14,084 bases of DNA from Candidatus Velthaea sp. Lineage in GTDB: Bacteria > Vulcanimicrobiota > Vulcanimicrobiia > Vulcanimicrobiales > Vulcanimicrobiaceae. Positions 6,826 through 14,084 of the stretch are shown here, piece after piece. The notes under the pieces were generated by a model. The model saw only the letters and a list, made by a program, of their open reading frames with translations, had not been told where the DNA came from and did not search any database. The position numbers and the translations under genes were made by a program. Positions within the stretch are counted from its first letter, which is position 1; each line of letters begins with the position of its first letter. The stretch lies in contig JBEKHC010000118.1 of NCBI GenBank assembly GCA_050012475.1, forward strand, positions 1-14,084, written 5' to 3'.

Positions 6826-7329
6826 TCACTTTGCGCGATCAATGCGCTCCGCTCTCCCTCGCTGGGCCTCGCCAACCGCATCTCGAATCCGCTTCAGGCG
6901 CGTTTCGGGCTTAACGGCCTCGTCGATGCGCCGGACGATGAAGTTCTGCCGACCGGGAGGGAGCGCTTTGAAGTCCCTCGTGGCTCCTTCCGCCCGCAGG
7001 GCGGAAAGTAAGTCGGCCGGGTACGTGACGGCTGCCCGGTCGAGGACTGTGATTCGCATATGCACCCGATCGCCGGTTTTCGTTCGCGTCTCTTTTCGAA
7101 CCTTGGCTTTGACGCGGATATAATGCTGGCCGCCCCCGACGGGAAACAGGCTTACCTTGAACGGCGCGGAGTCATTGAGACAGGCCATGACAAGAACAGA
7201 GCCGTGTGTCCCGAGAGCCTCGGTAATCGTTGCCGGAACCGGAACGGCGCAATAGTCCATTCCTTCCGCCCAATTTTCGAGCGTAGCTTCGAACGACAGT
7301 TGCTTGCCTGCGATAGGTGAGTTCTTCAC
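6826..7329 (-). CDS. DUF1905 domain plus YdeI/OmpD-associated (OmdA) domain protein
   Basis: FEATL...AVPVP...SLFPVGGGQHYIRVKAKVRK...GDRV (DUF1905-like), followed by PADLLSAL...FKALPPGRQ...IDEAVKPETRLKRI (OmdA-like). Confidence 0.88.
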   Translation of the reverse strand: MKNSPIAGKQLSFEATLENWAEGMDYCAVPVPATITEALGTHGSVLVMACLNDSAPFKVSLFPVGGGQHYIRVKAKVRKETRTKTGDRVHMRITVLDRAAVTYPADLLSALRAEGATRDFKALPPGRQNFIVRRIDEAVKPETRLKRIRDAVGEAQRGRAERIDRAK

Positions 7330-7568
7330 AGATGATAGCTAACCCAAGCGAGATTTCAACACTCTACGAGGGACAGCGGTCAATCCCCGGCCGTGGGGTC
7401 GTGCCCCAGGCAGGAGCCAATGCCACTTTCGAGGCGAAACTTGTCTGAGTTCGATCCGAGCTGCGATTCTATCAAGAAGGCGCTCCCTCGTTTCACGTCA
7501 ATCCGATCGCAGCGGAGCAGGTTGGTCCCGACTGCATGCCATCGGTGGGATCACAGCGGCCGCTCCTA

Positions 7569-7613
7569 GCGTAACGATCCGTGGCGTAACGATCCGTGGG
7601 GTAACGATCCGTG
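7569..7613 (+). repeat. Tandem repeat, 3 x 15 bp (GCGTAACGATCCGTG)
   Basis: Units at 7569-7583, 7584-7598 and 7599-7613; the third has one substitution. Confidence 0.95.
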
Positions 7614-7777
7614 CGCTCCACCGTCGCTTCCGCCTTGGGAATCATCTGCTGCATCGCAGCGGACCGCCGATTGCCGTCGACAAGCCGATTCCCGAGCCTG
7701 CTCCGTGACGAGCACTACCAGGTTCTCCGCGCCGAACGGTGGAGCCGTACTCCGTGAACGGGGCGTCTCGCACCACG

Positions 7778-9361
7778 CTAACCACGAGGCGATTTTACCA
7801 TCGGAACCAGCAAATGCGAATCATAGTTCGCGCCCGTATAGATCGAATGCCGCCCTCGATTGACCGTCGGCTGATGACGGAAGGCCGGGTACGCGTCCGC
7901 ATCTTGACCGAGGACGTCGACGCGCAGAACCGATCCCGCCTCGAAGAGCGTGCTGGACGCGAGGATTTCAACGTCGACCGCAACGACGTCCCCCGGCGCG
8001 ACGGGATCGGCACGAAGGTGTGAATGCAGCGGCATGCCCGGGCGGCTGCGTTCTTCGTCCATCGCACGATGCGAAACGCGCAGCCAGCCCTTCGCGACGC
8101 CGTCGCGATCGAAGCCGTTGTATCCGTAGAAGAAAACTTCGCGGCCCGTAACGTCAAACTTGCGAAGCTTTACGAAGAGGTCGAGGTCCGCGCCGCGGCT
8201 CGTGGCAACCCAAAGCCGCAAACACATCGATCCGGTAAGTTCGGTGTCCGTCGCAAAGCGATGCGCAAACGTCGCGCGATGGGGTGATCGGCGGCGGCGC
8301 GTTCCGTAAGCGGCAACAGAAACGTCGGTCGAAGGCGCAAAGTCAAGCGCACGTTGTGCGGCATCGAGGTAGAGTGGCACATACGTGACGCTTGCGAGCG
8401 GCCATGCGTCTTCGGTGCGAATACTCCACCGCTCGAGCGACTCTCGGACCTCGAGCCGGACGCGCGGCGTGTCCTCCCAACCGTTGGCCTCACCCTTCAG
8501 AAAACGATCGAAGAAGCGCCGCTGCATATCGCGGGCCTCCTCGCTGTAGAACGTTTCCCACTTGCGCCTGCCGTGGGTGAACAACCACTTCCGTTGCGAC
8601 CGGAGCGCTTCAAAGCCAAGCAGCGACCCGCGCGTATGCAGGCCGTGATCCGCCCAGCCCGCGCAAACGAGCGCAGGCACACCAATGTTATCGAAGGCCG
8701 GTCTTTTGCTCTTCCACCAATCATCCTCGAACGGCCGTGCATCGCGTTCGCGGAGGAAATCCTCGGCCATGGAAAAGCGCCGGTTGTGCCCGCGCCGCAT
8801 GCGGATGTTCCACCACGTTGGCACAAACCCCGACTCACGCACGCCGTCTTGATAAGCGAACTCGCGCAGCAGATCGGTGGCACCCTCCCACGGAATCATT
8901 GCCTTGAGCGCCGGTGGCCGCAGCGCTGCGACGTTCCACTGCGACATCGCCAGATAGGAAACGCCGCAAAGGCCAACGACGCCGGTGGACCAGGGTTGGC
9001 GAGCGCACCACGCGATGAGTTCAGCGTAATCGTGCGCATCCGTCGGCGTCAACACGCCGGCCGCGCCTTCCGAACGGTGCATGCCGCGCACGTCGGCCTG
9101 CACGACGTTGTACCCCGCGCGCACCCAGAACACCGGATCGGGCGACTCGAACCCGGTCCGACGCGAACACGCCAACCTGCCGAAGCGCACGCCGGCCAGT
9201 CGCATGAGCGTCATGCCGATGCGATCGGGCAGCTTGTCCTTGCCGTACGGCGTGACGGACAGGACGACGGGATGCGGCGCCTTATCCTCCGGACGATAGA
9301 CGTTCAAGAAAAGGCGCACGCCGTCGCGCATCTCAACGGCAACGTCACGCGTAATTTTCAC
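7778..9361 (-). CDS. CocE/NonD family hydrolase (peptidase S15-like)
   Basis: GTG start with GGAGG RBS. Motifs MRDGVRL, TPYGKD, DVRGMHRSEG, nucleophile elbow GVSYLA and GWAD, plus a C-terminal PepX-like domain (ELTG...DLDLFV...GWLRVSHR). Confidence 0.93.
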   Translation of the reverse strand: MKITRDVAVEMRDGVRLFLNVYRPEDKAPHPVVLSVTPYGKDKLPDRIGMTLMRLAGVRFGRLACSRRTGFESPDPVFWVRAGYNVVQADVRGMHRSEGAAGVLTPTDAHDYAELIAWCARQPWSTGVVGLCGVSYLAMSQWNVAALRPPALKAMIPWEGATDLLREFAYQDGVRESGFVPTWWNIRMRRGHNRRFSMAEDFLRERDARPFEDDWWKSKRPAFDNIGVPALVCAGWADHGLHTRGSLLGFEALRSQRKWLFTHGRRKWETFYSEEARDMQRRFFDRFLKGEANGWEDTPRVRLEVRESLERWSIRTEDAWPLASVTYVPLYLDAAQRALDFAPSTDVSVAAYGTRRRRSPHRATFAHRFATDTELTGSMCLRLWVATSRGADLDLFVKLRKFDVTGREVFFYGYNGFDRDGVAKGWLRVSHRAMDEERSRPGMPLHSHLRADPVAPGDVVAVDVEILASSTLFEAGSVLRVDVLGQDADAYPAFRHQPTVNRGRHSIYTGANYDSHLLVPMVKSPRG

Positions 9362-9796
9362 CGAAACCTCCGAGCGTTGCTGATGCCGAGAGCATCGCGA
9401 GGCCGGTTCGGCGTTCGCTTCGGACGCATGCCGTTCGTTGCGGGAGCGCGCCCGGTTTCACGGCGGGGTCTGCGGCAGCACGATCGCTTTGCTGATTCCG
9501 CGAAGCCCGCGGGGTCAACCTTCGGAACAGGGTAAACAGCTGCGCTCGGACGGCACCTTGAATTTCGCCGTGGCTGCCCGTTTTGTGAAAACGATGCTGC
9601 TCGTGGCGGGCGGCCGCGACGAAGGCACGCCGGCCTCTTCGATGCGCGGCGTCGACGCCGGCGACAAGGGCGGCTGCGGATCGCCGCGTGAGTCATTCTC
9701 AATGCGACTGAGGAGGAGCGGACCGCACACGACCGCGTACGTTTGCCGGATGCGTTCAGTCAAGTAGTCGAACGCACGCTGCCGGGCGAGGAGAGC

Positions 9797-10852
9797 ATGA
9801 CGAGCTTAACGTTGACACGCAGTCGCAGCAGCGCCGTATCCCGGCGCAGAGTACTATCGCGCGTGCGCCTCGCCGGGCTCATGGCACTGACGTTTGCCCT
9901 CTCATGCGGGGCACCCACGTTCGCACAAACTCCGGGCCCTGGCGGTACGGCGCGCGTCGTTCCGACGATAGCACTGTTCTCGCCCGCAATTCCGTACGCG
10001 TTATGCCCGCCGAATGCCGGCAATCGTCTCGCGTGTTCGCCGAACACCGACGATACATCCGGCGCCGGCGCGATCGATGCGATCCGGACGGCGGCGCTTG
10101 CGCCGGGCGTCGAACGCATCGTCTTGTTTCTTCCCGGCTATCGAACGGCGCTAACCGACGGTCACGCAACCGCCCAGCGAATTGCGGACATCCTCGGCCC
10201 GCACTTCTTGGTCGTTCACGTCGATTGGGGATCGCTCGGTAAAATGGCCGGCTATCGCGCGGATGGGGTCGCGGCCAAGCGCGAAAGCACGGACTTTGCG
10301 CAATTCGTGTCGGACCTGCATGCCGCGATTCCGCAGCGCGAACTCACGATTTTCGCGCACAGCATGGGAACTCGCGTTGCGGCGGGGGCGATGGGCATCA
10401 TCAAGGCACCGCAAGACCGACGGCCGTTCGTGACCGAAACGGTTTTTGCCGCTCCCGATCTCGGGTTGGGCGATTACGAACGGGCCGTTCTGCGCAATCC
10501 CGTGCCGTTCGGTCACGTCACGATCTACGTGTCTCGTCACGACAAGGCGCTGCTGGTCTCGTCAATCATTCACTTGGGGCATCGCATCGGTCAGCTCGCC
10601 GTTTGGCGCAAAACGATTGCGGACACGAGCGTCGTCGACGCATCTTCGGCCGAACCGGTCGGGCAAGGCCACGGCTATGCCCTTCACGATGCCCTCGTCG
10701 TTCGCGACATCGGAGCAGTGTTTTTGGACAGCGCCATCCCGCACTTGAGCTGGGCGCGGCTCAATCCGGCGTCGATCACCTGGACGCTCATCCCCGCCAA
10801 AATTCTGCCGCTCACCGAGGTGCGCTCGCAAGCCGGTTCCACCAGCCCCTAA
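9797..10852 (+). CDS. Exported alpha/beta hydrolase, DUF900 family
   Basis: ATG 9797 after GAGGAG. Signal peptide (SRRRVL...ALTFALSCGAPTFA). Motifs LFLPGY, DWGS, AHSMG, FAAPD, YVSRHDKAL and GHGY. Confidence 0.88.
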   Translation: MTSLTLTRSRSSAVSRRRVLSRVRLAGLMALTFALSCGAPTFAQTPGPGGTARVVPTIALFSPAIPYALCPPNAGNRLACSPNTDDTSGAGAIDAIRTAALAPGVERIVLFLPGYRTALTDGHATAQRIADILGPHFLVVHVDWGSLGKMAGYRADGVAAKRESTDFAQFVSDLHAAIPQRELTIFAHSMGTRVAAGAMGIIKAPQDRRPFVTETVFAAPDLGLGDYERAVLRNPVPFGHVTIYVSRHDKALLVSSIIHLGHRIGQLAVWRKTIADTSVVDASSAEPVGQGHGYALHDALVVRDIGAVFLDSAIPHLSWARLNPASITWTLIPAKILPLTEVRSQAGSTSP

Positions 10853-11233
10853 AGCGCCTCCGGCGCCGTCACCGTGGCGTTCAACTTTGTGTCCGTCTGT
10901 CCCGGGCTGCGCTCACGATCGTGGGGCTGAGCGCGCCCGCGGGTAGCGCGATCCACTGAACTCTTCTCACGTGCTCAGCAGCCGAGCCGAGTTGGCCGCT
11001 ATGGACTTAGCGCTTTCCGAGCCGTAACCGTTCTGCACCGGACACTCGCTACGGACGGAACACAAACGTCAAGATCCATGTGTTATAAGACGATTTCCGC
11101 GGCCGCGGATTCGCCATATGGATACCAGCATCGCCCAGCAAAGCGGTGGCTGCCCGCGAGCGAATCTCACGTATCTCGCCATCGATCTGCCGAGCAGCGA
11201 GCATCCGCGAGAAGGCCATTTATCGGGACGTCG

Positions 11234-11274
11234 ATTTATGTTGAGAGATCTTTCATTTACGTTGAGAGATCTTT
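11234..11274 (+). repeat. Tandem duplication, 2 x 20 bp (ATTTAYGTTGAGAGATCTTT), of the LysR gene 3' end
   Basis: Copies at 11234-11253 and 11255-11274 with one mismatch. The second copy contains the last codons and the TAA of the LysR gene. Confidence 0.9.
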
Positions 11275-12171
11275 GGCGACGATCAAAAGTTGAGCTCGCA
11301 GCCAGTTGTGAGCCGCATCGTCTCGCAGCCGCCGGTGCCAAGCCATACGATAGGCAATCTTGGGTAGTTCACGAGGCGCGGCCAGGAGGCGGACGTGGGC
11401 AACGGGAGCCAGTTGCTTTGCCAGACGGCGTGCTGTCGTACAGATCATGTCGGTGCGCGAGGCGGCGAGTATCGCCGATAGTTGATAGGGCGAACGATAA
11501 GCGACGCGCCGTTCGAACCCATTTGCCGCCAGGGCGCGTTCGATCCACGGTTGAGTACCATCTCTGCCGATAGCGACGACGGCGTGCCCATACTCGACGT
11601 AGCGCTTGAGGGTCAGGCGCGACGCACGAAGCGGATGGTTCTCGGCGACGACGCAAACGAATTCATCTGAGAAAAGAGCCTCACTTTCAAACGGCTCCGG
11701 CGGCTGGACACCGATCAGAGCCAGATGGATGCGGCCGGCTTCCATCTCGTTGAAGACCCGGTCGTTCCAGGGTAAGACTTCGATTCGGATGGACGGTGCG
11801 GCGTTTGCAAAATGCTCGAGCACGGTCGGAATGAGAACCGACGCGGCGTAATCGGTCGTTGCGATGTAGAGGCGGTCTCCGCTCGTCGCCGGGTCAAACC
11901 GATTGCCGCGTACCGCGGCGTCCAAGCGTGGGAGCAGAGCTTGCAAGTCGACGAGCAACTGATCGCCGCGCGGCGTTCGTTCGTACGCGCCGCCAGAACG
12001 GACCAGCAGTTCGTCGTCAAGCGCGCTCCGCAGCCGTTCAAGCGCGCGACTCATCGCCGACTGGCTCATGTCGCAACGGCGCGCGGCACGCGTTACATGG
12101 CGCTCGTCGAGCAGTGCGTAGAGCGGCTCGACAAGACTTAGGTCAAGGCTTCTAATATGCGGAAACTGCAT
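11257..12171 (-). CDS. LysR-family transcriptional regulator (NodD/LeuO-like substrate-binding domain); start 12171 or 12180
   Basis: HTH LDLSLVEPLYALLDERHVTRAARRCDMSQSAMSRALERLR, then LLVR...TPRG, FDPATS, TDYA and WHRR...DAAHNWLR. Confidence 0.95.
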   Translation of the reverse strand: MQFPHIRSLDLSLVEPLYALLDERHVTRAARRCDMSQSAMSRALERLRSALDDELLVRSGGAYERTPRGDQLLVDLQALLPRLDAAVRGNRFDPATSGDRLYIATTDYAASVLIPTVLEHFANAAPSIRIEVLPWNDRVFNEMEAGRIHLALIGVQPPEPFESEALFSDEFVCVVAENHPLRASRLTLKRYVEYGHAVVAIGRDGTQPWIERALAANGFERRVAYRSPYQLSAILAASRTDMICTTARRLAKQLAPVAHVRLLAAPRELPKIAYRMAWHRRLRDDAAHNWLRAQLLIVAKDLST

Positions 12172-12193
12172 GGCCTTCATGCCAAATGTGCAT
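12157..12193. promoter_or_regulatory. Two LysR-type T-N11-A palindromes (ATGC-N7-GCAT)
   Basis: ATGCggaaactGCAT at 12157-12171 and ATGCcaaatgtGCAT at 12179-12193, 22 bp apart, overlapping the LysR start and upstream of the divergent genes. Confidence 0.7.
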
Positions 12194-12239
12194 CCAGCGA
12201 ATGGAGTGATCCTGCCTATCGCCGGGAAAGACTCGAACA

Positions 12240-12620
12240 ATGGATCCGCCGAATCGGGATGTGGCAGCGCTTTCAGCGGTTTTTTTCAGCGGGCAGCGCG
12301 CCGGAATGATGCTGGCTCTCGGGGTCGCTCAGGTGGCGACGGCAGATCTGCCCGAAGAGAGTTGGATGTTGCGGCAACAAGCCGATGACTCGCTCTTTCG
12401 TAAGGTCATGCCGGTGGTGTTCGCGTTGAATGTCCTGAACCTGAGCCCGGCAATTGCGACATCCGAAAAACGCGGAAATCGCTCCTTCGGCGCGGCAGGA
12501 GCATTCTCGATCGGCGCGATTGCCGACACCATGCTGGTCAACGTGCCGCTCACTGTGACGATGTCGGCTTGGAAAGCGGGCGCTGCACTCCCTCTCTCCG
12601 CTGCCGGCATGCGAGGCTAA
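12240..12620 (+). pseudogene. DUF1772 (anthrone oxygenase-like) membrane protein, apparently degenerate and C-terminally truncated
   Basis: Motifs RKVMP and TMLVNVPL...W resemble DUF1772. The ORF ends at AGMRG without the usual final W...H/N..R helix and has polar residues inside expected TM segments (SGQRAG, AIADTM). Confidence 0.55.
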
Positions 12621-12622
12621 CC

Positions 12623-13483
12623 TTGAAGATCTTCGTTGTCGGCGGTACGGGACTCGTGGGTTCGGCTGTCGTTCGGGAATTATTGCGTCGAAACGCCGAC
12701 GTTCGGCTGCTCGTGCGCGATGCTACGACCGCCGTACCGAGCGGTGTCGACGTGATGGTTGGGGACTTGCTGGATCCGCCGGCCGTCGATCGTGCGATGA
12801 AAGGTTGCGATAAGCTTTACCTCCTCAATGCGGTGACGCCCGACGAGGTTACGCAGGGGCTCGTCGCCTTCGATCTAGCGAAGCGCCACCGGTTCGCGCA
12901 TGTCGTTTACCATTCCGTATTTCGCGTGGACCGATTCCTTGATGTACCGCATTTCGCATCCAAATTTGCGATAGAGTCGGCGCTTCGTCAATTTGACGTT
13001 CCGTGGACGATTCTCCGGCCGAACTATTTCTTTCAGAACGACGCGACCCTACGCGACCCGCTGACCGCTGCGGGCATCTATCCACAGCCGCTTGGAGACA
13101 CGGGTATCTCTGCGGTCGACGTTCGCGATATTGCTGAAGCCGCCGCGATTGCCCTAACGACCAAAGGTCACGAGGGTAAGGTTTACAATCTCAACGGTCC
13201 GGCGCTCCTCAGCGGTCCCACGGCGGCAGCCATTTGGGGCGAGATTCTTGGCCGGAAGGTGCGTTACGGCGGCCACGACATGGACGCATTCGAGACAGCA
13301 ATGCGAGAGCGCGCACCGGCGTGGTCAGCGTTTGACATCCGCATGATGTATCAGGGTTACCTCGAGCGCGGTTTCGCGGCGGAGCCCGGCGACATCGAGA
13401 CCCTTACGGCCCTCCTGGGCCATGCGCCGAGAACCTATGAAGCCTTTGCGCGCGATTGCGCGGACAGATGGAGAATACAATGA
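12623..13483 (+). CDS. NmrA-family (atypical SDR) NAD(P)-binding oxidoreductase
   Basis: TTG start at 12623 with GAGG RBS. Rossmann motif KIFVVGGTGLVGS, plus PHFASK, WTILRPNYFFQN, VDVRDIAEAAA and YNLNGP. Confidence 0.93.
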   Translation: MKIFVVGGTGLVGSAVVRELLRRNADVRLLVRDATTAVPSGVDVMVGDLLDPPAVDRAMKGCDKLYLLNAVTPDEVTQGLVAFDLAKRHRFAHVVYHSVFRVDRFLDVPHFASKFAIESALRQFDVPWTILRPNYFFQNDATLRDPLTAAGIYPQPLGDTGISAVDVRDIAEAAAIALTTKGHEGKVYNLNGPALLSGPTAAAIWGEILGRKVRYGGHDMDAFETAMRERAPAWSAFDIRMMYQGYLERGFAAEPGDIETLTALLGHAPRTYEAFARDCADRWRIQ

Positions 13484-13863
13484 CGCGCGTACTGTTTGTG
13501 GGCCAGGCTCCGGACACGGTGAATTATAGCGATCCGGCGCTGCCGTCCGGCATGAACGCGGAGAAGATTCAGGCCGGTATCGATCTTGCGGCAGCCAAGA
13601 TCGCGGAACGCGGTTGGATCGCGGACCTTTGCATGATCCCGCCCGACGCCGAGGGCCTAGCCTTGCTGGAGAAACAATTGGCCAGCGCAATCTACGACTG
13701 CGTCGTGATCGGTGGGGGCATGCGGTTGCCGCCCAAGGGCCTCATCCTGTTCGAAAAAGTCGTGAACGCTGTGCACCGGGCCGCACCAGGCTCCGCCATC
13801 GCCTTCAACACCGTCCCCGGGGACACGGCCGACGCTGCAGCCCGCTGGCTGAAATCTGAGTAA
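13480..13863 (+). CDS. Conserved-looking hypothetical protein (127 aa)
   Basis: ATGA overlap with the NmrA-like gene and GGAG RBS. Alpha/beta pattern with YDCVVIGGGMR...FEKVVNAVH...IAFNT..DTADAAARW. Confidence 0.85.
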   Translation: MTRVLFVGQAPDTVNYSDPALPSGMNAEKIQAGIDLAAAKIAERGWIADLCMIPPDAEGLALLEKQLASAIYDCVVIGGGMRLPPKGLILFEKVVNAVHRAAPGSAIAFNTVPGDTADAAARWLKSE

Positions 13864-14084
13864 TTTTCTAACGCCGGCTTGATTCTCTCTCTGCAGCCAT
13901 ATGGAGGCCGGGAATTGCCGGAACGCTCAAGCTGGCGTCGGGCGATTTTCGGCAGGCGTCACGAGCGCTTCCCAATCGGCCACGACGGTGGTGTGCGACG
14001 CTCGGGTAAGGCGCTTCGCGCTGAGCGGTAACACCGCGCGGCAGTGGGTTCCAACGCATCCGCGGCGTTTCTCGGCGTAGAACG

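Noticed and set aside
6255..6881. 208-aa minus-strand ORF
   Set aside because: No family motif, overlaps the DUF1905 gene, and has Arg/Ser-rich spurious composition.
7420..7569. 49-aa plus-strand ORF MPLSRRNL... after AGGAG
   Set aside because: Tat-like start is not followed by a hydrophobic region, and there is no other support.
7569..7613. Repeat considered as a CRISPR array
   Set aside because: Units are contiguous with no spacers, too short, and no cas genes are present.
8354..9535. 393-aa plus-strand ORF
   Set aside because: Antisense shadow of the CocE/NonD gene.
11081..11573. TGnTATAAG extended -10-like motif and ORF 11118-11573
   Set aside because: The ORF runs antisense into the LysR gene without recognisable motifs, and the promoter match alone is insufficient.
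13868..14084. 63-aa minus-strand ORF at the right edge
   Set aside because: No recognisable features, and the context is cut off by the window end.

Overview
GC-rich bacterial window with two parts. Left (1-5700): a nitric-oxide/low-oxygen respiration locus. A perfect FNR-type box (TTGAT-N4-ATCAA, 4105-4118) sits at class II spacing from a TATACT -10. It heads a minus-strand gene string: a frameshifted, CuA-less oxidase subunit II remnant, a 7Fe ferredoxin, two translationally coupled His-bearing membrane proteins built from the same H...GW module, norC, and norB (cut by the window edge; Lys in place of the usual Ca2+-ligand Glu). Transcribed divergently from the same box is a Crp/Fnr regulator fused to an N-terminal DUF2249-like domain, followed by two convergent small Cys-rich proteins, one too short for the ORF track. 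Right (6000-14084): an accessory mosaic with an AT-rich patch and small membrane ORF, a DUF1905/OmdA protein, a 15-bp tandem repeat, a CocE/NonD hydrolase, a secreted DUF900 hydrolase, and a LysR regulator divergent from a degenerate DUF1772 gene, an NmrA-like oxidoreductase and a hypothetical gene. Several decayed gene fragments lie in the spacers. All family calls come from motif recognition by eye, not from database searches.
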